Part shown: in pieces, positions 29,601-41,141 of the stretch
Position numbering within the stretch: position 1 is the stretch's first letter
Layout of the letters: the number at the start of each line of letters is the position of its first letter
The notes under the pieces: model-generated
Told to the model about the DNA's origin: nothing
Seen by the model: the letters and a program-made list of their open reading frames with translations, nothing else
The model's database searches: none
Translations under genes and position numbers: made by a program
NCBI GenBank assembly: GCA_965217865.1
Contig: CBDCJO010000002.1
Location: 3,968,001 to 4,032,000 of the forward strand
Source: Candidatus Latescibacterota bacterium
GTDB taxonomy: Bacteria > Latescibacterota > UBA2968 > SICM01
Length of the DNA stretch: 64,000 nt
Direction: 5' to 3'

Positions 29601-32600
29601 GGTATCATCACGACCGTGGGGGGGACCGGAACACAGGGATTTTCAGGCGACGGGGGGGCGGCAACCGGGGCCAAGTTGAACCAACCTTATGGCGTTTTCG
29701 CAGACGGTTCTGGCAGTCTTTACATAGCGGACCAAGGCAACAACCGGGTGCGAAAGGTGGACCCCTCGGGAACGATTACCACGGTGGCGGGTAAGAGCGG
29801 GTCCGGTCCACTCGAGGAAAACATCCCCGCCATTGAAGCGAATCTTTTCGGTGTTTCGGCCGTGTTCGTGGATGGATCGGGCAACCTTTTTATCGCGCTA
29901 GGCTCTCGTGTCGTAAAGGTGGACCTGTCGGGCATCATCACGACCGTTGCCGGGGACAGGATTGCCGACCACGTGGGAGACGGTGGCCCTGCGACTGCTG
30001 CTGCTATGCAACCTGCAGACATCTTCGTGGACGATCTGGGGGACCTCTACATTGCGGACACGCGACACAACCGGATCCGGAAAGTCAGGATTATCCCTTC
30101 GCAGACCACGGATACCCCGGCCGGTACAGACGTTCCAATCGCATTCTCGGCCCAAACCTTGGGTGCCGCACCGGTCTCGATGACCTTCGGGCAGGTGACG
30201 CAGGCCGGTGAGACGACACTGGAGACAAGCGGCTCGGGGCCCGCAACGCCCGGAGGATTCCGGCTGATCGATCCCAGCGTGTTCTACCAGATCACGACGA
30301 CAGCCGCCTTCGAAGGATCGATCGAACTCTGCCTGGACTACACCGGGCTGAATGTCACAAACGAGTCCGAGCTGAAGCTGTTTCATTTGGAGAACAGCGT
30401 TTGGGCGGACGTCACCACCTCTCAGGACACACAGGAGGACGTCATCTGCGGCAGCGTGACGTCGCTGTCCCCGTTCGCCCTGTTCGAGACCCCGTTGCCC
30501 CCTCCCCAACCCGACTTCGCCGCGGACACGACCGCAGGGGTCGACTCCCTTACCGTGAAGTTTACGGACACCTCTGTTGGCAGTGTGACGGCCTGGGTAT
30601 GGTCGTTCGGTGACGGGGACAGCTCTTTCGTACAGAACCCGACGCATACCTACACGGTGGGAACCTTCACGGTGATTCTGACGGCCACGGGTCCGGGGGG
30701 ATCGAACACGATCGGGAAGGCGGACCTGATCTCGGTGCTGGAGGGGGTCAAGGCGGATTTCAGCCCGGACACCACCTCCGGACGTGTCCCGCTTGTCGTA
30801 ACGTTCAGCGACCCCTCCACAGGCACGGATCCTCTGAGCACGTGGTTGTGGACTTTTGGGGACGGGGACTCCTCCAGGGTTCAACATCCGACGCACACGT
30901 ATACGGAGGCCAATTCCTACGACGTAACGCTCACAGTCACAGCCGAAACCGGAACGGACACAAAGACGGTTCAGGACCTGATTGTCGTAACTCCGAACCT
31001 GTCGCCCACGGCCCCAGTCCCGCTCTCCCCTGCGGACGGCGCGATCCGGGTGCCCCTGAGTCCCACTCTTTCCTGGGGGAGTTCGATTGATCCCGAGGGG
31101 GACCCGGTCAGCTACGACGTGTTCCTGGGCACGGACCGGGTTGGGAGCACGTCGGACACGACGCAGATGGTGGGACCTCTGGACGAGGACACGGGCTACA
31201 CCTGGCACATCGTGTCGAAGGACGACCGCGGCGGCAGCGCGGAGGGTGCGACACGGGCGTTCACGACCGTGGGAGATACGCTTCCCCCTGTGGTCACGCG
31301 CGATCCTGTGGTGGAGGCGATCAGGCAGAGCGGTTTCAGGGTGGTCTGGCGGGTGGATGAGCGGAGCACGCCTTCTGTGTCGTATCGGGTGAGCGGAGAG
31401 ACCACCTTCACGACCTCTCCTGAGGGTTCATTGGGCAGGGACCAGCGAGTCGATGTGACGGATCTGTCGTCCGCGACCACGTACGAGTTCAGGGTGACCT
31501 CGCGGGATTCGTCGGGCAACGAGACGACGTTCCCGGATCCTCCCTATCCCACGGCCACGACGCTTGCCGAGGCGGACACCGAAGGTCCGCTCTTCACGGT
31601 TCTCCCGGCGGCCGAACACGTTTCCGACACAGTGATCGTGGTGGTGTGGAAGACGAACGAGAGCAGCACGACCGAGCTTCTGTACCGGGTCGAATCGGAT
31701 ACAGCGTTCGTTACCGGGCCTGCCGGTGCCGCGGGCACGAACCACCGCGGTGCGATCGGGGGGCTTACCCCCGGCACGAGTTATGTCCTCAGGGCCCGGT
31801 CCGTGGATGCCAGCGGGAACCCTTCGGTGGGGCCGGATCTGACGGTCACGACGGCGCCGCCTGTTGTGGAATCTATTCCGATTCGGGTTTCAAACGTGAG
31901 CGTGGTGGGTCGAACCGAGTCGCAGGCGATCATCGATTGGAGCACGAATCAGCCCGGCAGCAGTGTGGTGGAATACGGGTTGGGTTCGACGCTCAGGACC
32001 TCACAGACGGAGACCGGCGAGGACGGAGTGCTCGAGCACCGGGTCACGCTGTCGAGGCTGACCGATGACACGCCGTATTTCTATCGGGCCATCTCCGGCA
32101 CGGACACGAGCGATGTGTTCAGCTTCAGGACCCGGAAGGCGGTTCCGCCCGTACCGGCTGTGATCACGGAGGGCCCGCTTGTCCGGGGTATCGGGGAGGA
32201 CCGTGCGACGGTGCTGTGGAAGACGGACGTATTGGCCAGCAGCAGGGTGGAATTCGACACGACCGAGAATTCCTTGACACAGACCGTTTCCGATCCGGAC
32301 GGTGTGACGGATCACGCGGTGACGCTGACGGGTCTTTCGGCCTCCACGACGTATTTCTACAGGGTCGCGTCCGTAAACCTGTCGCGGCTGACGACGGAGA
32401 GCGACGTTTTCAGCTTCCGGACGCTGGACGCGCCGGACACGACCCCCCCGTCGATCCTGGAGCTGTCGGTTCCGGTCCGGACATCGGATGGATTTACGGT
32501 GACGTGGCGGACGAACGAGATCGGCACTTCGGAGGTGATCTATGCCGAGGACGGGGGTTCGGAACAGAGTCGAATCGCCCCGGGTTTCGCCGTGGATCAC

Positions 32601-35600
32601 AGTCTCAGCCTGTCCGGTTTGAGTGCGGAGACGACGTATGTGATCCGGGTGCGGTCGGCGGACCCAGCGGGGAATGGTGCGGAGAGCGAAGTGCAGGAGG
32701 TGACGACGCTGTCCGAGGCGGTGGTGGATGTATCGTCGCCCCGGCTGGTCAGAGCGCCCTCTGCTGCAGGGAGCTCACACGAAGGGGCTACGATTGTCTG
32801 GGGGACGGACGAGCCGGGCAACAGCCTGGTGGCCTATGGGGTGAGTGAGGATGACCTGCCCGAGGAACAGGGAGATTCGAGGCGTTTTACGACGGATCAC
32901 TCGGTGAGGCTGACCAATCTGGAGTCCGCCGAGATCTATTTCTTCCAAGTCTCCTCGACGGATGCCTTTGGAAACGGTCCGACGATTGGGACCGGGACGT
33001 TTACGACTCAGGCTGCTCCGGACACGATTTCGGTGAGCATCACAGAAGGTCCGACCGTGGTGTCGGTCACTGACGAATCCGCGGTGCTGTCCTGGAAGAC
33101 AAATGAGTTGAGCGACACGCAGGTGGATTACGCGGCGGGGTTAGACCCGACTGCGGCCGGCCTGACGCAAAGGATTATCCTGCCCGGGGCTGTAACGGAC
33201 CACCAGGTGACCCTGACGAACCTTTCCCCGAGCACAGGCTACGCGTTCCGCGCAGGATCGCAGGACGTTGCGCGGAACCCGCGGACTTTTAGCACGGACC
33301 GGACGTTCACGACGGAGGCAACGCCAGACACGATCCCACCGGACCTTGTGGGGGCGGTGACGATCAGCGAGCGGACGTCCACGACGATCACGCTGATCTA
33401 CACCACGGACGAGCCGACGAATACGGTGGTGGAGTTATGGGCTATCGGACTACAGCCTGGGACGCATCGAGCGTGGGTCCCTGAAGCTGACGCGGAGCGC
33501 GACGTTGACGGGATTGACTTCGGACACGGAGTACCGGTTTCGGATCAGTTCCCGGGACCGGGAGGGGAACGGGGTGACGACGGACCCCACGATCACGATC
33601 CCTCCGCCGAATACCCGGCTGCGATCCGATGACCTGCGGTCCACGACGACTGCGGAACCGGACGTGATTGAACCGGCGATTGTGGAGGGTCCGATCGTTT
33701 CGGTGAGCGGGAATAACGTGGTGGTCCGGTGGATCACGGACGAGCTGTCGGACAGCCGGGTCATCTACGCAACGATTGAGAATTACAACCGTCCGGGCCT
33801 GGAGAGCGAGGTGTTCGACGGTGCGTTGGTGACGGTTCACAGGATCACGCTTTCGCTAGATCTGAACACGCAGTACCTGTTCCGGACCCTCTCGACGGAT
33901 GTGGAGGGAAACACGGGGACATCGGGATCGACGGGGTCGACCAAACCGGCGGTTGATGGTCTGTCCCTGCAGGCGCCCGGGGCGGATGGGAGCTTTGAGA
34001 CCCCCATCGTGGCAGATACCAGTCCCCCTGTCATCCTCTCGGGGCCCACGCTGGTCGGGGCCACTTCGACATCGCTGATTCTGCAGTGGATTACGAACGA
34101 GGCCTCGAACAGCTTTGTGGAATATAGCGTCGGGGGACAGCCCGCCGGCCGTGTGGAGGATGGAACGCCCTTGACCCAACACCGGCTTGTTCTGACGAAG
34201 CTTGCACCCGGAACGACTTACACGATCAAAGTGGGCTCCACCGACCCATCAGGCAACGGTCCTTCGGTGAGCAGGCCCGGTGTGGCCTCGACGACGGCGG
34301 AGGTGGACGCCTCTCCGCCAAGGATCATTGAAGGCCCGGAGGTCTTCAAGAGCGACCGAGAGGCGGTCATCACATGGAAGACAGATGAGCCGGGAAACTC
34401 GACGGTGGAGTATGGAGCAGGGAGCGTGTTAGGCCTTACCCGGTCGATCCCGGACGCAGTGACCGGGCACCGGGTGATTCTCGCGAACCTGTCCCCGGAT
34501 GCCTCCTACAGCTTCCGGGTGGGATCCCTGGATATCTCGAACAACGGTCCGACGTGGTCATCGATAGAGGTGTTTCAGACAGACCCGACGCCGGATACAA
34601 CCCCACCGGACATCCCTGCGGATCCGGAGGTCACGGCGATCACGGATGAGACGGCTACGGTGTCGTGGGAGACGAACGAGGTGTCCGACAGCGGGGTGTC
34701 GTTCGGGACCTCGGCCTCGGATCTGGACTTTCAACATCGGTTCCTCCGAGGCGGTGAAGGACCACCGGGAGGTGCTGACCGGTCTTTTGCCTTCGACGAC
34801 TTACTTTTTGCAGGTGAGCTCGACGGACCGGTCGGGGAACGGCCCCACCTTCCGACCGGCCTCGGATCAGACGGTCTCGTTTACGACTGAGGACGCGCCG
34901 GATATGTCTGCTCCGGCAAAGGTGCAGGAGGTGCTGGGTGTGGTTGGGAGCCGGGCAATCCTTTTGACCTGGGAGGAGGGGTCGGAAGACGACCTGGCCG
35001 GTTACAATGTCTACCGGGCAACCGGGGAGGATGAACTCGGACTGATCGCCTCGAACCTGATTGACGCACGGTTCCAGGATGTGGGGTTGACGGATGAGGT
35101 GCCCTACCGGTATGCGGTGGCTGCGTTCGACGGCGCGGGCAACGAGGGGGAGAAGTCGGACGAGGCCTCGTTCACGCCCTCCGAGGCGAACGTGCCAACT
35201 GCCCCTGCCTTCCTGACGATCGAGGGGGAGGCGTTGATCCCCACTTTCGTTGTGGAGAATGCCACGGCCCCCGGGACCGCGGACCTGACCTACACTTTCC
35301 AGGTGTCGGCTCGAGATGACTTTGCGGACCTCGTGGACTCGGCCACGGATCTTCAGGAGGGGAACGAATCGACGGAGTCGGGGCTGACGGCCTGGACGAT
35401 CACTCGAGAGCTGACCCACGAAGCCACCTACTTTTTACGCGTGCGGGCAAACGACGGAACATTCGACGGTCCCTTTATGTCCCCGCATACCTTCCTTGTG
35501 GATACGACGGTCGTTTCGAATCCGGGTGACTTCAATGGGAGCTTCAAGGTGGACTTCGACGACTTCTTCCTGTTCGCGGCTGCGTTCGGACAGCCCGCAA

Positions 35601-36439
35601 CCGGAGACAATGCGGTTTTCGACATGAGCGGGGATGGACAGGTTAACTTCGATGACTTCTTCGAATTCGCCGGGGTGTTCGGCGTGGAGTATGAGCAACC
35701 CGGAGGCGCCACAAAGCCGGTGGCATCCTCTCGGACACCTGATCCTTCCCTGCGGGTGGGTTTCCGGTCGGTTGGAGGTTTTCCCAATGCCGGTGAGGCG
35801 TTCACGGCGCACATCGATCTTTCGGGCCTGCAAGGCATTAACGGTTATGGGATTCGGGTTGAGTTCGACCCCAATCACCTTGAGCTGCTGCACGTCGAAC
35901 AGGCGGAGGGTGTGTTGGGACAAGTCCTCGATACTGACATCGATGAGGTGGTCGTCTTGAACTATGGGGAGGGGATTGTCCCGGAGGAACAGTCGACGAG
36001 TGAACCTGATGGTTCTCATCGGGAGCTTGTTCTGCTCCGGTTCCGGGTGAAGGTCTCCGCTCTGGATCCGCCTGCGTGGGTGTCGGAGATGGTACTGCTG
36101 GATCCCGAAGGAGGGTTGCTTGCACCCGATCTGGCGTCCGCAAGGCTCTTCCTGAGGCCGGATCAGGTCTTGCTGATGCACAACTATCCAAACCCGTTCA
36201 ACCCGATCACGACGATTCGGTATGGGATCCCCGAAGAATCCCGGGTCTCGATCCTGGTCTACAACATCCTGGGTCAGGAGGTCGCGAAGCTCGTAAATGA
36301 ACCCCAGGCAGCGGGCTTCTATACGGTCGACTGGGATGGCCGGGACGGAAGGGGAAGGCAGATGGCGTCCGGGGTTTATCTGTACAGGATCAAAGTGGGA
36401 AATGTGGCAAGGGTGCAGAAGATGATTCTGTTGAAATGA
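26646..36439 (+). CDS. Giant secreted/surface protein (~3260 aa when rejoined): NHL propellers, 2 invasin-type Ig, PKD, many FN3, dockerin/EF-hand-like, cohesin-like, FlgD/T9SS-like tail; two frameshifts
   Basis: Signal peptide; repeated GDGGPA..A.L..P..VD.SGNLYIAD..N.RIRKV; ADG...ST (Big_1); WxFGDG (PKD); W.T.E....V.Y...H.V.L..L...T.Y (FN3); GDFNG..VDFDDFF; NYPNPFNP...GVYLYR...KMILLK. Extra T at ~33435 and at 34729-31. Confidence 0.88.
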
Positions 36440-36589
36440 GGAGAGCTGGCAAACGGCAAACGGCAGTCAGGGGTCGGAGGTCGGAAGTCAGGGGTCAGAG
36501 GGCATCCGATTTTGGGAGGGCCCGCGGCCTCGCGGGCCGGGATTTTGACGAAACTGCAAAATTCGATCGAATGTCAGACCCCCTGCGCC

Positions 36590-36720
36590 CCTCCTTCGAC
36601 TGCTCAGCGCTGGGGAGCTGCTCCGCTCAGGATGTGATCCTTCGACGGAGTTTATCCTGAGCTTGTCGAAGCCATGGCCCTGAGCGGAACGAAGTGAAGC
36701 CGAAGGGGGCTCAGGACGTT
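36590..36720. repeat. CTTCGAC...CTCAGG palindromic repeat cluster
   Basis: Nested CCTTCGAC/GCTCAGG/CCTGAGC/GTCGAAG units; relatives at 19155-19215, 19852-19954, 40880-40922 and 61540-61730. Confidence 0.8.
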
Positions 36721-36836
36721 GCTTCCCTAAAGGGAAGGGGGAACAAGGCCTTTAATAAATGAACTGCCCGTCACGAGCCTTCTGCTGGCGACTGCCTGCG
36801 AGGTATCCGGGCGACACTACATATCGGGAGGGAATC

Positions 36837-38699
36837 ATGAATTCGAACATGCTAAGCTCTTTGAGACTTTCTCTGCTCCTGGCTATCTGTTTTGTCCTAT
36901 TCTTCACCACTGCTGCTCAATCGTTTCAAGTCACAATTGACGGATCCGCCCTGTCGGTTAACTACATCATTCGAAATATGAGCACGGGACAGAGAACAGT
37001 ACGACAAGGTATTGCAACTCTGGATTTATCGGCAGGCACTTACAGGTTCGAAAGCGGACAAAAGCATCTCTTCGATCTGGATAATGGTGGTATCCTGACT
37101 GTCTCCGATCCCACTGCGCCCCTGCTCGGATCCGGCACAACACAACTCACTGTTGATCCGTCAAGGGTTCGCCTGATCAACATAGATGGATCTGCTATCC
37201 CGCAATTAAATTACCGTATCCGGGACCTGGTTACCAGCACTGGCATCTTGAGACAAGGTATCGTACAGTTCAACGCGCTTCCAGGCACTTACAGGTTCGA
37301 AAGCGGACAAAAGCATCTCTTCGACCTGGATAATGGTGGTATCCTGACTGTCTCCGATCCCACTGCGCCCCTGCTCGGATCCGGCACAACACAACTCACT
37401 GTTGATCCGTCAAAGGTTCTCCAGATCAACATAGATGGATCTGCCCTGACATTAAATTACCGTATGCGGGACCTGGCTACCAACTCTGGCATCTTAAGAG
37501 AAGGCATCGTACAGATAGATGCATTGCCCGGAAGTTATCGTATAGAACACAGTGGAAATACGGCCAGTTTCGCTGTGGATTCCAATTGCAACCTCACACC
37601 TCCTCCCCCTTATTCCCTCGGTGGTATACCCGTTCCGGTGACCTGCGGTGGAGCCAATTCACCACCTGTGGCCAACTGTAAGGACATCGACCTTGATCTT
37701 GACGCCTCGGGACAGGCAACGCTCGATCCTTCCGATGTCGATGACGGTTCCTCCGACCCCGATGGAGACCCGATTACCTTGAGTCTCGACAGAACGGCCT
37801 TTGACTGCGATGACCTGGGACCCCAGACCGTTACCCTCACCGTCACCGATGATAAAGGCGCCAGCGCGTCTTGTCAAACCACCGTGACGGTAAAAGATGT
37901 GACACGGCCGACCCTTTCGGTTTTGGCCAGTCCCTCGTCCCTCTGGCCGCCCAATCACAAGTATCAAGCGATCACCCTGACGCTCACGGCCAGCGATGCC
38001 TGCGATCCCTCCCCGGCAGTTTCAGCGGTGGTGGTCAGCAGCGAACCGGATGATGCCAAGGGAAACGGGGATGGGAATACCACCGGTGACATCAAGGTCA
38101 CGACAACCGGTGGCGGCATTCTACTCAGTTCCAATGATGACCCTGAGGTTCCCTGGAAACCGGGGGAACAGCTCGAGCTCCGGGCGGAAAGGGGCGGAAA
38201 GGGAAACGGTCGGGTCTACACGATCACAGTGACAGCTAAAGATGCCTCAGGTAACGAAACGCCTGCGACTGTAGAGATCTCCGTCACCCACGACAAAGGG
38301 AAGGCAGCCAAACCGGTAGCAGGTGTCGGGGTTGAAGGCGAGAAGCTGATCCTGGGTGACGATCCCGATGCTTTTGATGCTTCTCTGGGAGCCCGCTTTG
38401 GGCATGAGAACTCCGAGAACCTGAAGTTCAGGCTGTACCAGAATTCTCCCAACCCGTTCAACCCCACGACCACCATCCGATACTCCCTGGCCGAGCTGTC
38501 CGACGTGCATTTGACGATCTACAACGCTTTGGGTCAGGCTGTACGGCTGCTGGTCAATACGAATCAATCAACTGGCAGGTACAACGTGAATTGGGATGGC
38601 CGTGATGCCTCCGGGAAGCTTGTGGCGAGCGGGCTGTATATCTATCGATTGAAGGCGGGGACGAAGGTGGCGGTCAGGAAGATGATCTTCGCCAAGTAG
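36837..38699 (+). CDS. Secreted protein with 83-aa tandem repeats, HYR/Ig-like domains and FlgD/T9SS-like C-terminal domain
   Basis: Signal peptide; ~130-bp near-perfect DNA repeat at 37033 and 37282 (period 249); PPVANC..DDGSSDPDGD; LWPPNHK; QNSPNPFNPTTTIRY...RKMIFAK. Confidence 0.85.
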   Translation: MNSNMLSSLRLSLLLAICFVLFFTTAAQSFQVTIDGSALSVNYIIRNMSTGQRTVRQGIATLDLSAGTYRFESGQKHLFDLDNGGILTVSDPTAPLLGSGTTQLTVDPSRVRLINIDGSAIPQLNYRIRDLVTSTGILRQGIVQFNALPGTYRFESGQKHLFDLDNGGILTVSDPTAPLLGSGTTQLTVDPSKVLQINIDGSALTLNYRMRDLATNSGILREGIVQIDALPGSYRIEHSGNTASFAVDSNCNLTPPPPYSLGGIPVPVTCGGANSPPVANCKDIDLDLDASGQATLDPSDVDDGSSDPDGDPITLSLDRTAFDCDDLGPQTVTLTVTDDKGASASCQTTVTVKDVTRPTLSVLASPSSLWPPNHKYQAITLTLTASDACDPSPAVSAVVVSSEPDDAKGNGDGNTTGDIKVTTTGGGILLSSNDDPEVPWKPGEQLELRAERGGKGNGRVYTITVTAKDASGNETPATVEISVTHDKGKAAKPVAGVGVEGEKLILGDDPDAFDASLGARFGHENSENLKFRLYQNSPNPFNPTTTIRYSLAELSDVHLTIYNALGQAVRLLVNTNQSTGRYNVNWDGRDASGKLVASGLYIYRLKAGTKVAVRKMIFAK

Positions 38700-38738
38700 G
38701 CAACCCCTAGAAATAAGGAAATGGCTTCAAAGAACCAG

Positions 38739-38768
38739 GCCCCGGAATCATCTTCCGGGGCTTTTTTT
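38739..38768 (+). terminator. Rho-independent terminator
   Basis: GCCCCGGAA-tcatc-TTCCGGGGC followed by T7. Confidence 0.85.
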
Positions 38769-39284
38769 GGTATGAATGCCTGAATCTCCTCCGTGTTATC
38801 GGCCCAAGCGGCGCGCGGGATGAAAGGAAATTTAAAATTCAATCGATTCCCCCGGACTGACTTCTTGACTTCCCGTGTGCCTGCCAGTAAATTGCCCGTT
38901 AAGCCGGCAAACGGCAAACGGCAAACGGCAAACGGCAAACGTGAAACGGGAAGGCATAGATTGGAAAGGCCGTGGTTCGTGGATCGGAGAATCCGGGGTT
39001 CGTGGTTCGTGGCTCGGGGTTCGAAAAGGGAACCGGCAAAGTTCTGGGAGGGCCCGCGGCCTCAAAAAGACGGTCGATCGTGAATCGTGATTCGTGGATC
39101 GAAATGACCGGGAAGCGTATCTCGGGATTCTGAAAACCTCTGACAATAAAGGCTTGGATGTTAGCGGACGCCGGGGCCGGCGTCCCTCCACAAAAGACCG
39201 TGGATCGTGGATCGTGATTCGTGAAGCGTATCTCGAAAATGCTGTCTAACATTAATTTAACTTTCATGAAAGGAATGATTTTGT

Positions 39285-40511
39285 ATGAAAGAAATTCAGT
39301 ACTCCGACTTTCCAGTTGAAGAGTATCAATCCCGTTACTCGCGCACCCAACAGGTTCTCAAACGACGAGGGATCGACGCGCTCTTTTTAACCCAACGTCA
39401 GAACATGCGATACTTCGCCGGGTTTCGGGATGGTGCGTGGGATGCCTATCACTTCTACTTTTTGGCCCTTCTTCCGGCCGAGGGCGAACCGGTCCTTCTG
39501 ACCTCAAAAGGATTCCCCCAGATCGTGAAGCAGTCCTGGATCGAGGACGCGCGAGAATGGTCGCTGAGCAAAGAGTTCTATATGTCCAAGGAATCGAACG
39601 CCATATCGGCGGTGCTGGATGTGCTGAGAGAGAAGCATCTCGATCGGGGTGTCATCGGGATGGAGACAGGGCCTGAGATTCACGTTCACATGGGCCATAC
39701 CCACTTCACGTCCTTGCTCGAAGGCCTGAAGGGGGCTGAGATCGTGGACGGCAGCGACGCGATCTGGGAGGTGCGAAGCATCAAATCCGAGGCTGAGATC
39801 GATCGCATGCGAAAGGCCGCGGATATCACGACGAGGGGGGTGAAGGCGGGATTCGAGGCCCTCAAGCCGGGGATGTCGGAGAAGGAGCTGGTCAATATCA
39901 TGACCTCCGAGATGTGTTCCAGGGGGGCCAGCGAACAGCGATTCAACTCCCTGTATGCGGGCCCGCGTGCGATGTGGGCGGATGGTATGCCGACGGACTA
40001 TGTGATGGAGAAAGGGGATCTTGTTCAGTACGATGGGGGTTGTATCTACGAGGGCTACTGTTGCGACTTCAAGCGTATGGCATCGATCGGAGAACCCCGA
40101 GCCGATCAGAGACGATTCTATGAGCAGGCCAAGGCGGTATTGTTCGCGGCGATCGGGACGGTAAAGCCCGGTGCCCCGTTGAGCGCTCCGCTTCGAGCGG
40201 CCTTTGCAGTGAACGACGCAGCGGGATTCGGGTCATTCTCAAAGTGGTGTCTCGAGTCCGGGTGGTCTGCGATCGGCCATAGCCTGGGTCTGGATCTTCA
40301 CGAGCAGCCGGGGTTGACTGCGTTCAATGAAGCGGAGATGCAGGAGAACATGGTGCTGTGTGTGGAACCGTTCATCACGTTGAACGGTGTGACGCCTTTT
40401 TATGAGGCGGAGGAGAAATTCGGGCTTGAGGATGTGGTGGTTGTCACCAAGGACGGGGTTGAGACATTGACTTCGGAGGATAAGATTACTCACGATTTGT
40501 GGGTCGCATAA
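39285..40511 (+). CDS. M24 (Xaa-Pro peptidase/creatinase) family protein, copy 1
   Basis: RSIKSEAEI; candidate metal ligands in QYDGG, CCDFKR, GHSLG, VEP and GLED. Confidence 0.92.
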   Translation: MKEIQYSDFPVEEYQSRYSRTQQVLKRRGIDALFLTQRQNMRYFAGFRDGAWDAYHFYFLALLPAEGEPVLLTSKGFPQIVKQSWIEDAREWSLSKEFYMSKESNAISAVLDVLREKHLDRGVIGMETGPEIHVHMGHTHFTSLLEGLKGAEIVDGSDAIWEVRSIKSEAEIDRMRKAADITTRGVKAGFEALKPGMSEKELVNIMTSEMCSRGASEQRFNSLYAGPRAMWADGMPTDYVMEKGDLVQYDGGCIYEGYCCDFKRMASIGEPRADQRRFYEQAKAVLFAAIGTVKPGAPLSAPLRAAFAVNDAAGFGSFSKWCLESGWSAIGHSLGLDLHEQPGLTAFNEAEMQENMVLCVEPFITLNGVTPFYEAEEKFGLEDVVVVTKDGVETLTSEDKITHDLWVA

Positions 40512-41141
40512 AGACCGTGGTTCGTGGATCGTGATTCGTGATTCGGAAAGAAGAGCCGGCAAACGTCAAACGTGAAAGGCAGTAGCAGTGGCAGGTGCCA
40601 GTAGCAGGAAAGGCAAAAGCAGGGGTCGGGGATGGGGAAAAAATATAGTCAAAGCCCGTATGGTAGGAGCCGCCTCCTGGCGGCGAAAACCAGTGGATCG
40701 TGATTCGGGGATCGGAGAGAGCGTAAAGCGTATCGAGGCGCTTCGGTTGTACCGCAAGTTTGGAATTGCGAACACGTGTTCTCAATTGGGTTGAAGCCAC
40801 TACCAGGTGCTGTCGTAAATTTGCATTTTCCAATTTGGAATTTCCTCCTTGCGGTGCGGATTCCCCCAACCCATCTCGGTCCTTCGACTGCGTTCCGCAA
40901 AAACCGCGGAACTCCGCTCAGGAGGTTTTCATTATGGATTTGAAGGTTGCTAAAATAAAGGCGATATTCCCCTTCCCTTTAGTAGGGGTTAGGTCTGACA
41001 CCTGATCGAATTTTATATGTCCGTCATGAACATTCTAATATGATTCCCCTCGCAAGCTCAATTCGCTCAGTCGCAACCAAGAAGATGTACGAATCTTGCG
41101 TAGAAGTTGTAATGTAAGACTCTAATAAAGGGGTCTTTTGT

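Noticed and set aside
38642-39267. Short ORFs in repeat-rich intergenic regions (also 18442..18849, 40486..41005)
   Set aside because: They are translations of heptamer/REP repeats (ANGKRQT, RITIHEP patterns) with no independent coding evidence.
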